The position numbers were made by a program, and so were the translations under genes. The notes under the pieces were generated by a model. It was not told the origin of the DNA. It made no database searches and was given only the letters and a program-made list of their open reading frames with translations. From a virus, in IMG/VR virus record IMGVR_UViG_3300032753_000003, positions 32,001-96,000 of that record: a stretch of 64,000 bases of DNA, one strand, 5' to 3'. Below, piece after piece: positions 1 to 8,565 of this stretch; positions within the stretch are counted from its first letter, which is position 1, and each line of letters opens with the position of its first letter.

Positions 1-98
1 TGAACAAGACCGCGGTCTTCGCACCAACAAGTTGCATCTACAGCCAATTGGTCTGTGATATTGCTTCTACCTCTGTGTTCAAACTTCACAACAACCAT
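1..98 (-). CDS. Small WC-family hypothetical protein, truncated by window edge
   Basis: ATG at 98 opens MVVVKFEHRGRSNITDQLAVDATCWCEDRGLV; WC motif shared with other small paralogs. Confidence 0.5.
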   Translation of the reverse strand, partial: MVVVKFEHRGRSNITDQLAVDATCWCEDRGLV

Positions 99-125
99 GT
101 AAAATTCAATGCAACTACAATTCCT

Positions 126-300
126 CTATGCCCATCTCATAATAAACGCGATACGATCCTCGTCAGTCTCAAAGATAAAATATGTTCCAACTCTTGTACA
201 AGGTATACCCTCATCCTAACACCACTGTCGTATTTCTGCTAGTTGATAAACTAGATTGGGTGCATGGTATCTATAGTTGATATTCAAAATTGATATCCAT
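126..300 (-). pseudogene. WC...FxLxW-family gene with in-frame TAG (216-218); 5' end uncertain
   Basis: Frame reads ...LAEIRQWC*DEGIPCTRVGTYFIFETDEDRIAFIMRWA*; nearest ATG (300) is in another frame, TTG at 287 is in frame. Confidence 0.55.
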
Positions 301-317
301 ATTAAAATTATACATAA

Positions 318-325
318 TATAAATA
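318..325 (+). promoter_or_regulatory. T4-like late promoter motif TATAAATA
   Basis: Exact TATAAATA upstream of endonuclease gene at 416. Confidence 0.45.
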
Positions 326-415
326 TGTGGTAATTGAAGATGTATCAGATCTTCAAAACACAGCACGGAGATACTGTGCTGTCCCACATTGTTAATATAT
401 ACGGAGGAAATAATT

Positions 416-1246
416 ATGTCAATGATATTGTGTGCATATGGGTGTGGAAATGTTGCAATATATTTCAATCGGCAACAAGTAGGTAGATGTTCATTTAGGC
501 CTAGCGTTTGTGAAGGTATACGCGCCCGCGCCAAACAATCTATCAAAAATAGATACGCATCAAAAACTGAAGAAGAGAAACAGTTAATTAAAAATCGCAG
601 GTTAGCAACAAATATTAAAAAATATGGTGTTGCTAATGTATCTTCAGTTGAATCAGTTAAACTTAAAAAAGAACAAACTTTTTTAGACAAGTTTGGTACT
701 ACTAACCCGTCCCAAAACACAGATATACGCGCAAAAATTAAAGATAAGATGCCTGTAGTTCTTAAGAAACGTAAAAAAACTAATTTAGATAGATATGGAG
801 TTGAGCACTACTCTAGTACAGAGGAATTTAAATCTAGACGTAAAATAACCTGGACCAAAAGATACGGAGCAGATAATCCAAGTAAAAATAATAATATCAA
901 AGACAAAATTATGAAAGGACAGGATCATAGAAGAACTAACAAGATAATTATTTTAAATGGACAAATTGTTAGAGTACAAGGTTATGAAGATCAAGTTATA
1001 CGAGATTTAATAAAATCTGGAATTTCAGAATCTGAGATAATATGTGATAGGGATAGGATACCAAAGATATCATATACCATAGATAATAAAGTTAGAACCT
1101 ATTACCCTGATATATATCTTCCTAGATATAACATTTTGATAGAAGTTAAATCGTTATACACTTGGAAGAAATATAAGGCTATTAATATTGCTAAAATTAG
1201 TTCTGCTAAACATGCAGGATATAATGTACGTGTGGCTATACGTTAG
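416..1246 (+). CDS. Homing-endonuclease-like protein (YGVxN repeats + C-terminal PD-(D/E)XK domain)
   Basis: GGAGG RBS before ATG 416; CAYGCG N-terminus; repeats KYGVAN, KFGTTN, RYGVEH, RYGADN; YYPDIYLP...LIEVKS nuclease motif. Confidence 0.75.
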   Translation: MSMILCAYGCGNVAIYFNRQQVGRCSFRPSVCEGIRARAKQSIKNRYASKTEEEKQLIKNRRLATNIKKYGVANVSSVESVKLKKEQTFLDKFGTTNPSQNTDIRAKIKDKMPVVLKKRKKTNLDRYGVEHYSSTEEFKSRRKITWTKRYGADNPSKNNNIKDKIMKGQDHRRTNKIIILNGQIVRVQGYEDQVIRDLIKSGISESEIICDRDRIPKISYTIDNKVRTYYPDIYLPRYNILIEVKSLYTWKKYKAINIAKISSAKHAGYNVRVAIR

Positions 1247-2187
1247 ATCTTTTGTCCCGGGTCAAATCCTCTAAATGCAACAAATACAGGAAACCTCAAA
1301 CTATACGTATCAGAGTTCTGATTCTGTGTGAGACAGTCTCCCTTAATTTCAACAATTTGGCCAATTACCTGATCTTGGTTGTTCCAGATCTGATCACGCA
1401 GCTCTTCAGTATAACCGCCACCTACAGTAACTTCAATGATCTTACCTTGATCTTCTCCTCGGCAGATTAGACCACCTAATGTATTTTTGAACTTACTCTC
1501 TGGTTTGCCAGGTTCAACTCCGATAACTTCTAAATCTACAGAATATACCGGTTTAATTTTCAACCAGGCATCTGTACGTTTAGTCTTATATGTGGCATTA
1601 GGGTCCTTGATCATAATTCCTTCTAGTCCTTGGCTTAACGTGTCGTTGTTGAATTCCTTGAACTGCTTCTGACCCTCAGGAGTCTCTAGATCCACAGCCA
1701 TCTTGGGAATAACATACACGCGCTCGCCACAATGCTCTGCCAGCAGCGGCACAAATCCAGTCAACACTTCATGCCGCTGAGTCTGAGTCAGCAGGCATTC
1801 ACCTGCAACAAAGTCCTTGAGCGGGACAATATCAAACAGTGCCAGCTTGGCATCGGAGGTGTCAACATCCTCTTTGCGATTCAGCTGCTTCATCAAAGAT
1901 TGGAAACTGCGGCTGACCATTTCGCCGTCAAACACCACGCTCTGTTTGAGCTTGGGTAGCAGCTTGGCCATTGATGCCGCAATAGTCTCAAAACGATCGT
2001 TCTGCCTACCATCGCGACTGTATTGAGTAACAGTGTTGTTCTCAACATCGAGGATGGTGATCATTCGGCAGTTGTGGACGAGCACATTGTTTGCAAAGAA
2101 ATTACTGACATCATCTACCTCCAGATCGTACCGATCGAGGTTGACATCTAACTCTTCAATCCTGGATATTGCCGCTATGTTTTTCAT
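1243..2187 (-). CDS. lig: ATP-dependent DNA ligase, C-terminal half, preceded by 39-aa split-intein C fragment
   Basis: MKNIAA...FFANNVLVHN then CRMITIL; ligase motifs FDGEM, LFDIV, EGIMIK, WLKIKP, OB-fold LRFPVF. Confidence 0.9.
   Translation of the reverse strand: MKNIAAISRIEELDVNLDRYDLEVDDVSNFFANNVLVHNCRMITILDVENNTVTQYSRDGRQNDRFETIAASMAKLLPKLKQSVVFDGEMVSRSFQSLMKQLNRKEDVDTSDAKLALFDIVPLKDFVAGECLLTQTQRHEVLTGFVPLLAEHCGERVYVIPKMAVDLETPEGQKQFKEFNNDTLSQGLEGIMIKDPNATYKTKRTDAWLKIKPVYSVDLEVIGVEPGKPESKFKNTLGGLICRGEDQGKIIEVTVGGGYTEELRDQIWNNQDQVIGQIVEIKGDCLTQNQNSDTYSLRFPVFVAFRGFDPGQKI
2071..2187 (-). mobile_element. Split intein C-fragment (IntC, 39 aa)
   Basis: Block F/G pattern YDLEV...NFFANNVLVHN ending His-Asn, followed by Cys+1. 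Confidence 0.9.
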
Positions 2188-2188
2188 G

Positions 2189-3070
2189 TTACTCTGTCTT
2201 TCTGGTAAAGGTATTATATAACATCTTGGTGATGTCGTCAAACGATTTCTTTATATCATTCTCCCATAACACAATTACCTTTACACCAAATGATTCTATA
2301 TGAGATTGTCGATGACTATCAATGTCCCATATTTCTTGGGCGGTAGTTAGGCCAATGAACAGATGTATCACATCGCTAGCATAATATATGTTAGGGTTTG
2401 CGTGCCAATAATCCCCGTATATTTCAATCACTGTATTGTAAGCGTCTATCCAAATATCAACTATAGGCGAATATATGCGATTGTTAGCCGCAACAGGTTT
2501 AGGAAATAGGTTAGGCTTCTCGTTTTCATGTTCGATACCAACCGAGGTCAACCAGTTTGATATCTTTCTATGAGGTACAGACAGAGTTGTGTTGCCGCGA
2601 TACCTCGGAAGATATCTGGCATTGGTCACACCATAATTTATAAACATAGTGTCTTTAATTTTAGAAATAATTTCGGGTCTCTGGGATGGGTTATCGACAC
2701 CATATCGTTCTCGGCTGACCGATAGCTTTCTATCTTTAACATGTTGCGACTGCGATACATTGTCCACACCATACGTGTTTCTCACTGTTTCTTTATATTT
2801 CTGCCTTGTTTCCGGGGATCTTGCAGCATCCTTTATCGATAAAGTCTTTACGCCTCTGATTCTACACCAATCACGTAACCAGTCGCCGCTGATTTTCTGA
2901 CCAGCCCATTGTATGCTAGTTGTCTGCAAGCCATAAATGCTTCGACGCTCTATCATCAACCATTGTATCAGTTCTTTTTCAAATGGTTCCAGCTTTTTTT
3001 GGGCTTTCATAGTCCTGCATTCATGTGTGACACTGATGTTTGATTTCCGACAATAGATGCATTCTGTCAT
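2189..3070 (-). CDS. Free-standing Vsr-like homing endonuclease between the ligase halves
   Basis: GAGG RBS before ATG 3070; CxxC N-terminus; YGVDN repeats; VDIWID...IEIYGDYWH Vsr-like motif; own ATAAATA at 3097-3103. Confidence 0.8.
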   Translation of the reverse strand: MTECIYCRKSNISVTHECRTMKAQKKLEPFEKELIQWLMIERRSIYGLQTTSIQWAGQKISGDWLRDWCRIRGVKTLSIKDAARSPETRQKYKETVRNTYGVDNVSQSQHVKDRKLSVSRERYGVDNPSQRPEIISKIKDTMFINYGVTNARYLPRYRGNTTLSVPHRKISNWLTSVGIEHENEKPNLFPKPVAANNRIYSPIVDIWIDAYNTVIEIYGDYWHANPNIYYASDVIHLFIGLTTAQEIWDIDSHRQSHIESFGVKVIVLWENDIKKSFDDITKMLYNTFTRKTE

Positions 3071-3134
3071 TGGCAACCTCTTGTAATTGACAAGAGTATT
3101 TATGCTAGATTCGAAACTAGACGGCGTATATCCA

Positions 3135-3968
3135 TCATGTATCTTGCAACAGTTTATCGCCAATCATCAATAAATCAACTCGTCTCCAACATTTTAATAG
3201 GGGTAACCAAACCAGATGATTTCCAGTCAAAGGTGGCAGCATATTCCCATTTTCAAGCGTTATTCTGTACCATTTAACCGATGTGTCGTTGATATCAGAA
3301 CCGTTCTTTGCCCAATTAAGTATCTTATTGTATTCTATTTTGCCGGTAGATGGATTAAATGATTTGATCCTACCTTCTATGCGGTTTTCAACTACTTCAG
3401 CGATAGTCACACGTCGACCGTCTTCAAACTCAATGGTCCAGCTTGCTGATAAACAGCCGTCCAGCTTGGGATCCAGCAGTTTGATACCAGACAACTTCTT
3501 GGGATGGTCCTCACCATTCTTGGCCAACTGGCAGCTGAATACAGGGATAATGTAATCAACCGCGCCAACCTTCTCGAGAATCTTGTTGATGGTTGCTTCA
3601 GTGACACCGCACTTGAGATCCTTGAGTAGAATTCTACGATACCAACTGTTCCAATCCTTGACTGAACTTGCGTCAGCAGCAGCACGCAGCACATCGCGGG
3701 CACTGTTACCAGTAAGCTCGCGATGCTGTAGCTTGTGAGCAATGTCCTTGAACTTGGTCCAATTCATAGTGGATTTGAAGTTGGGATCGTCAGCGCCTTC
3801 GATCAGCGGAACCTTCTTGACTCCAAATGTAACGAGAGCATCATAGGCCATCTTGGCGCCTTCAAAGAACTCTGTACAGCCTGCATCCCAGGCGGCACGG
3901 ATAATACTCTCCTTGTCCAAACGGCCGCTGGTAGATTCAAGTTTGGCAATGATGTCTGCGGGGGTCAT
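3135..3968 (-). CDS. lig: ATP-dependent DNA ligase, N-terminal half (171 aa) fused to 106-aa split-intein N fragment
   Basis: Ligase DNA-binding domain, then motif I KLDG immediately followed by intein block A CLSASWTI and block B TGNH. Confidence 0.9.
   Translation of the reverse strand: MTPADIIAKLESTSGRLDKESIIRAAWDAGCTEFFEGAKMAYDALVTFGVKKVPLIEGADDPNFKSTMNWTKFKDIAHKLQHRELTGNSARDVLRAAADASSVKDWNSWYRRILLKDLKCGVTEATINKILEKVGAVDYIIPVFSCQLAKNGEDHPKKLSGIKLLDPKLDGCLSASWTIEFEDGRRVTIAEVVENRIEGRIKSFNPSTGKIEYNKILNWAKNGSDINDTSVKWYRITLENGNMLPPLTGNHLVWLPLLKCWRRVDLLMIGDKLLQDT
3138..3455 (-). mobile_element. Split intein N-fragment (IntN, 106 aa)
   Basis: Cys1 at 3453-3455; LTGNHLVW block B TxxH; ends IGDKLLQDT at TGA. 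Confidence 0.9.
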
Positions 3969-3989
3969 GGGATCTCCTTTTGATGATGC

Positions 3990-4019
3990 ACTATAACATC
4001 TGTACTAGAGATGTCAACC
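3990..4019 (-). promoter_or_regulatory. Sigma70-type early promoter, 16-nt spacer
   Basis: GGTTGACA-tctctagtac-AGATGT-TATAGT upstream of ligase N-half. Confidence 0.7.
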
Positions 4020-4026
4020 AAGATGG

Positions 4027-4404
4027 TTATGCCGGCTGTGCTGAAATTACCAACCAGCTGCGCTCGCCAAAGCCGTCGTGGTCTTCAGTCACAGTTACCT
4101 TCAACCCATTGAGCTGCATTTTATAGAGGAAGTCAACCCAAACGGTAAGAAACTTGTTGCTCCGTTCAAACTGAACATCCCTGATCCACTTGATCGTATC
4201 ATAGTCATTGACTTTGATGCTGGGGATCTGTCCAGCTTCAATCGATTCTGTTATTTGGTAAGCTAGATCATTAACCAACCGTTGGACCTTCTTCATTTCT
4301 TTGTCCGATGCCCGTTGCTGAGCCTCTTCCTTGGCCTTTGCAGCACGAGCAGCAGATTCTTCTTTTTCCTGAATAATCAGTTTAAGCTTGTCACCGAGGT
4401 TCAT
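4027..4404 (-). CDS. Hypothetical protein
   Basis: AAGGAG RBS before ATG 4404 (MNLGDKLKLII). Confidence 0.7.
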   Translation of the reverse strand: MNLGDKLKLIIQEKEESAARAAKAKEEAQQRASDKEMKKVQRLVNDLAYQITESIEAGQIPSIKVNDYDTIKWIRDVQFERSNKFLTVWVDFLYKMQLNGLKVTVTEDHDGFGERSWLVISAQPA

Positions 4405-4414
4405 AGTTGACTCC

Positions 4415-4741
4415 TTACGCTGCGATGAGATCAAAGCCAATGCTGGCCACAACGTGCCGCTGACCATTGGGGTCCTCAACAATGTCGCCAACTGAAACAC
4501 TGTGCATGCGACTGATGCGCGTGATCTTGTGTTCAGGGCCCATGTTGCCAATGTGGAACACACCCTCGAGATCGTTGGCTTCAATCTCTGCTACCTTGCG
4601 ATAGAGATCCATCTCAAGTCCCAGCCGCGGATTTCCCAACATGCTGGTCATCTTGGCATGAAATTCGGGTACTTCCTGACCAGCATTAACACGATCAATC
4701 TGGGTGTTGCTAAGCTGAATCTGGTAAATGGAATAGCGCAT
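4415..4741 (-). CDS. YodL-like domain protein
   Basis: YxIYQ N-terminus and MHSVSVGDIV motif; AAGGAG RBS. Confidence 0.65.
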   Translation of the reverse strand: MRYSIYQIQLSNTQIDRVNAGQEVPEFHAKMTSMLGNPRLGLEMDLYRKVAEIEANDLEGVFHIGNMGPEHKITRISRMHSVSVGDIVEDPNGQRHVVASIGFDLIAA

Positions 4742-4768
4742 GTTGCAACTCCTTGCGTTTGATGCTGT

Positions 4769-4798
4769 ACTATAGCATCTAAAACTCGCTTGTCAACC
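4769..4798 (-). promoter_or_regulatory. Sigma70-type early promoter, 16-nt spacer
   Basis: GGTTGACA-agcgagtttt-AGATGC-TATAGT. Confidence 0.7.
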
Positions 4799-5011
4799 AA
4801 AATCTACCAAAACTTTGTCTAATTCTACAGGAGTTATCTGTATAATAGTCCTAGGCTCAGCCAAACCCATAACATAGTGATATTGTGGAAATTGTGCGTA
4901 AAATTCTTTTGCACGCAATTCATCTGAGAATATAGCCAATATGGTTGTGTTGCTAGAACTCCATACATGCGGATTTGTGGTACGTTCAGCAATCCATACT
5001 GTACGGGTCAT
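4793..5011 (-). CDS. Hypothetical protein
   Basis: ATG 5011 directly follows the upstream stop; packed operon. Confidence 0.55.
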   Translation of the reverse strand: MTRTVWIAERTTNPHVWSSSNTTILAIFSDELRAKEFYAQFPQYHYVMGLAEPRTIIQITPVELDKVLVDFG

Positions 5012-5012
5012 A

Positions 5013-5240
5013 TTATTGCCAAACCAACTTGAAGGCAACAAAATCGCTACGCTTTTCAAATCTCACAGTATATTTTCCTAACTTGTAACTGCCTGTACAA
5101 TTGCTATGGCACCAATTCATAGCTTGAGCACGACTATGGTCATCAGAGAAGTTTAAATATTCCACAAACGGCATTTCATGTGTGAGATTTGCATCTTGTA
5201 TAACTTCCAACACAGGACCTAAAATTGAGTATGTCATCAA
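5013..5240 (-). CDS. WC...FxLxW-family small protein
   Basis: AMNWCHSNC...RFEKRSDFVAFKLVWQ. Confidence 0.7.
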   Translation of the reverse strand: MMTYSILGPVLEVIQDANLTHEMPFVEYLNFSDDHSRAQAMNWCHSNCTGSYKLGKYTVRFEKRSDFVAFKLVWQ

Positions 5241-5494
5241 TAAGGGCCCCAGCTGCGATCTGCTGCAATCTCTTCAAACGTAAACGATCCGCCTTGGCGA
5301 TCCACTTGTCCTGCCCAGCTAGAATTTGAACTTTTGAGCTTGGCAATCTCGTCCTTGAGAGCTGCAATCTCACGGTTCTTAGCGTCAAATGCCTGAGCGA
5401 TGATTTCAGCAACACGGTCATGACCATACAAGTCGCCGTGGATATCAGCGCGAATATCCTCTTGAATTAACTGTTGGATTTCAAATTGGTCCAT
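5237..5494 (-). CDS. Hypothetical protein with short coiled coil
   Basis: AGGAG RBS; EIAALKDEIAKLK heptads. Confidence 0.7.
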   Translation of the reverse strand: MDQFEIQQLIQEDIRADIHGDLYGHDRVAEIIAQAFDAKNREIAALKDEIAKLKSSNSSWAGQVDRQGGSFTFEEIAADRSWGPY

Positions 5495-5503
5495 TACCTG
5501 CTC

Positions 5504-5746
5504 CTAACTGTTGTCTGCACCGTTATCAATGCTGTTGGCCCAATCGATCAGTTCAGGGCCGCTCTTGTGTTTGAATTGATATTCGTTATACACATAACCA
5601 GTCTTGGTATCCAATACATGAACCCAGTCGGCACGCCCAATATTGACGATAGCATCGAGCATTGTTTCAAACTTGCCTCGGAAGTCGTGCATACCACCTT
5701 CGGGATAATAATTGTCGCCTGTAAAAAGCCAATAACGGTTGATCAT
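5504..5746 (-). CDS. Hypothetical protein
   Basis: First gene after early promoter; YYPEGGMHDF motif. Confidence 0.7.
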   Translation of the reverse strand: MINRYWLFTGDNYYPEGGMHDFRGKFETMLDAIVNIGRADWVHVLDTKTGYVYNEYQFKHKSGPELIDWANSIDNGADNS

Positions 5747-5779
5747 GTGTCACATCATCTCAAGTTGGTTTATAGCTGC

Positions 5780-5809
5780 ACACTAACACCTATACACAAC
5801 ATGTCAACC
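5780..5809 (-). promoter_or_regulatory. Sigma70-type early promoter, 16-nt spacer
   Basis: GGTTGACA-tgttgtgtat-AGGTGT-TAGTGT. Confidence 0.6.
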
Positions 5810-5847
5810 AATAATTTATAGGTAATTTACAATAATTTTTGTAATGA

Positions 5848-6084
5848 TTACAACAGATTGCGTTCTTGTAATATACGGTATACAATACGCTCTGCTCTGT
5901 CTTCTATATAACGATTTAGAGCAGTTTTTATGTCCTCTCTAGCAGGACCTAAACGTGATTCTCGTATCAACGCCTTGTGATTGTAATTGCAACGATAGTT
6001 TTCTTCCCACATATCATCTTTGGCATCAATTATATTTTCAAGTGCGTTGATGATATCGTCTAGATAGTCAAAAGATTCAGCCAT
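5848..6084 (-). CDS. Hypothetical protein
   Basis: AGGAGG RBS before ATG. Confidence 0.7.
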   Translation of the reverse strand: MAESFDYLDDIINALENIIDAKDDMWEENYRCNYNHKALIRESRLGPAREDIKTALNRYIEDRAERIVYRILQERNLL

Positions 6085-6104
6085 GCTACTACCTCCTAGC
6101 TGGT

Positions 6105-6132
6105 ATTATATAGCATAGATAATCGCAGTCAA
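6105..6132 (-). promoter_or_regulatory. Sigma70-type promoter, 16-nt spacer
   Basis: TTGACT-N16-TATAAT. Confidence 0.6.
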
Positions 6133-6144
6133 CAGATAATTTAT

Positions 6145-6168
6145 GATAGTGGGCTACTGCCCACTATC
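6145..6168. terminator. Hairpin, probable intrinsic terminator
   Basis: GATAGTGGGC-TACT-GCCCACTATC perfect 10-bp stem just downstream of the 6176-7051 gene. Confidence 0.55.
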
Positions 6169-6175
6169 AATTGTT

Positions 6176-7051
6176 TCAAGGTGTCCAACCAGGAGGAGGT
6201 TTACAACCTGTGGTATATCCAGGAAATGGCGATGCTGTACTGTTGTCGTACTTGTTTCTAGCCGTACGAATCTGGATGCCCATTTTCTGAAGATTCTTAG
6301 CAGTATTATAGTAGACTGCTAAAATTGCATCAGGGATATTGGGATTTGCTCTATTAAACACAACCTGAGAAGTGTTGAATTCAGTAGCATCTCCAAATCC
6401 AGTGCCAACATCTTGAGAAACAGTTGATGCTGATCTCACGACTGATGCAGTGGGTTGTACACTGGACAGCGACGACATTTGGTATATACCCATCGCAGCA
6501 GACGCTACAGCATTTTGAGGTGCTGCATTTAGCAATGCTGATGTAGGACTGTTGTACAATCCTGCTACAGGTATACTGCCGTTTGGTGGTGACAGTGTAG
6601 CACCAGAAGTGGTCCACTGTGGATACGCCGCAGCGGTATATTGTAGAGGTTCCTGATAGTAGAGTATTTCTCTGAATACCATAGCACCTATAACACCAGT
6701 GTTGCTGGTGCTGTTACCGCTAGTAGCCACATAACTGCGTCCTGCTTTGCTGAAATAAAATTCAGCGGCAGTTCCGCGGTCTAGAGTCCATCCAGGTACC
6801 TCTATGCTGCTGTTGGCATCAACCACATAGCCATCGCTGTTTGGGCCAGCAGGTTGACCCTTGATGGTATCTAATCCATCCACTGAGAATATCACCATAA
6901 CTCTATTTGGTGATCGATTGGTAAACTTGAGAGTGTACCTGCTGTTCTCTCGACCTTCTATCCAGATAGTGCCTTGATGCAGATATTCGTCTGCAGCTCG
7001 GCGACCATTTGGACAGACTTGTAGTTCAAATTGTGCGCTGGGATCAAACAT
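6176..7051 (-). CDS. Conserved hypothetical protein coupled to the vWA gene
   Basis: 291 aa; beta-rich N-half (YTLKFTNRSPNRVMVIFSVDGLD), low-complexity middle, FPG..GCxPP tail. Confidence 0.75.
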   Translation of the reverse strand: MFDPSAQFELQVCPNGRRAADEYLHQGTIWIEGRENSRYTLKFTNRSPNRVMVIFSVDGLDTIKGQPAGPNSDGYVVDANSSIEVPGWTLDRGTAAEFYFSKAGRSYVATSGNSTSNTGVIGAMVFREILYYQEPLQYTAAAYPQWTTSGATLSPPNGSIPVAGLYNSPTSALLNAAPQNAVASAAMGIYQMSSLSSVQPTASVVRSASTVSQDVGTGFGDATEFNTSQVVFNRANPNIPDAILAVYYNTAKNLQKMGIQIRTARNKYDNSTASPFPGYTTGCKPPPGWTP

Positions 7052-7059
7052 GGCTCACC

Positions 7060-7812
7060 TCACAACATGTTCTTTTTTTCGTCGTCCGAGAACATGGCAG
7101 TAGCATAGATATCCATTGTGCTTGTACCTGCAATCTTAGCGCTACGCATTCTAGTAGTTGTGGCATTGAGGCTGCTGTAGGTACCGCCCATGTTTGCAGT
7201 GCTGTAATTGACTGTGTTGCTGGCATTCATGCCAAATGTGCTGCCAACTGCAAAGCTGTCAATGTTGGCACCCATAATCACAAAGCTCCAGTCTGCCTTT
7301 TCAGCAGCAGCAACCATGGCTTTGATCTGCTCGTTGTTGTATTTGTTGCTGGCGTTTTCATAACCGTCTGTGGTAATAACTACAATTACTCCTGGACGTT
7401 CACTCTTCTTGCGTGCTGCCAATGCGGTATTGACACTTTCGATAGTATATCCGATAGCGTCTAGTAGATTGGTTCCGCCGTTTGGTGTATAGGTTTTGGT
7501 ATCCAGTGCCGGAACTTCTGCAATTGGACGATCGGCAAACACAGTCTTGATGTGAGGCGAATCAAACTTGATCAATGTCATGTATGCTGCTCCAGCATCT
7601 GCTGCGGCTTTCTGACCAGCTACATACTCGTTGAATCCAGCGATGGTAGCAGCTTGGGCATTGTGCATGCTGCCACTTTCATCTAGAATTACAGCGATTA
7701 GAGTACCTGCGGTACCTGCCTTCTTGAACTTGTATTTGGGAGTTAATGTTACCTTTGTGGTAACTTGCACTGCGGTCTGAATGCCAGCAGGAAACGGATT
7801 TGGTAAATTCAT
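7060..7812 (-). CDS. von Willebrand factor A (vWA) domain protein
   Basis: MIDAS motif ILDESGSM, GGTNLLDAIG, ITTDGYEN; AGGAGAG RBS before ATG 7812. Confidence 0.9.
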   Translation of the reverse strand: MNLPNPFPAGIQTAVQVTTKVTLTPKYKFKKAGTAGTLIAVILDESGSMHNAQAATIAGFNEYVAGQKAAADAGAAYMTLIKFDSPHIKTVFADRPIAEVPALDTKTYTPNGGTNLLDAIGYTIESVNTALAARKKSERPGVIVVITTDGYENASNKYNNEQIKAMVAAAEKADWSFVIMGANIDSFAVGSTFGMNASNTVNYSTANMGGTYSSLNATTTRMRSAKIAGTSTMDIYATAMFSDDEKKNML

Positions 7813-7935
7813 ATTTTCTCTCCTGGGGTCTAACACTGCCGCGAATCACCTCGCGGACTTTACTGCCCCTGTGTGATACATGACTATCATGTATCATATA
7901 TATTTATGTAGTGAGTTTATTGATCTGTCAATCTA

Positions 7936-8565
7936 TTATATCGTGGGGAATAGCACTTGAGTCACAAACTCAGTTGCACGCTGCTCACCTAGTAGATTCT
8001 TGATTGCCTTAACAGTATGCTCATTCTTGCGCTGTTGCAGACAATAATGGTTCTGAGCGTTTATAACTTCTTCATACTTTGGATGATAGCGTTTGGATAG
8101 AGATAGGTCATCCAAGTATGTGCGCAATACTCTCTGTACTTCTTCTGCAATGGTTATCATTTCTTCAGCATTGGGTCGGCAGGCTATCCAATGCTGAGAG
8201 AATATATCACCCCATTCTGGCCGCTCGCGCATCTTGCCAAAGTTGAGAGATGTAAATGGTTCAGTGTTATCAATTGTAGGCGACAGGTCCATGAATACAC
8301 CAGTGACCTTGCTTTCTCCGGCAATCACATCAAACCCAAAGATTGGACGAGGATCATATGCATGAGGGAACACACAGAGATGCACAACCATAAATCGATC
8401 TTGATTGAATATTTCCAAGTGTGCCATTCTAAAATGCGGACTGCGCCATCTGTGGTTTTCCCAACCATAGTCATCTGTGGGCACAGTCTCTACATCCGCT
8501 GTAGATTCAATTATGGCCTTAAGCTGGCGAGCTGTTTGGTCCAGAAGAGTAATGTAATTCGTCAT
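7936..8565 (-). CDS. pcyX: Ferredoxin-dependent bilin reductase, PcyX/PcyA-like
   Basis: FRMAHLE...VVHLCVFP...PIFGFDVIAG...GVFMDLSP matches the PcyA catalytic region (His74/Glu76/His88/Asp105 equivalents); adjacent to heme oxygenase. Confidence 0.8.
   Translation of the reverse strand: MTNYITLLDQTARQLKAIIESTADVETVPTDDYGWENHRWRSPHFRMAHLEIFNQDRFMVVHLCVFPHAYDPRPIFGFDVIAGESKVTGVFMDLSPTIDNTEPFTSLNFGKMRERPEWGDIFSQHWIACRPNAEEMITIAEEVQRVLRTYLDDLSLSKRYHPKYEEVINAQNHYCLQQRKNEHTVKAIKNLLGEQRATEFVTQVLFPTI

Noticed and set aside
271-720. 149-aa minus-strand ORF
   Set aside because: Mostly antisense to the endonuclease gene; only its last codons (MDINFEYQL) might belong to the disrupted 126-300 gene
2189-3134. 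Group I intron interrupting the ligase
   Set aside because: Both flanks carry clear intein motifs (Cys1/TxxH and His-Asn/Cys+1), each half has its own start and stop, and the spacers are too short for a ribozyme core
5494-5506. TAG read-through fusing 5504-5746 to 5237-5494 (in frame)
   Set aside because: The TAG is part of the TAGGAG ribosome-binding site of the next gene; in-frame spacing is expected by chance one time in three
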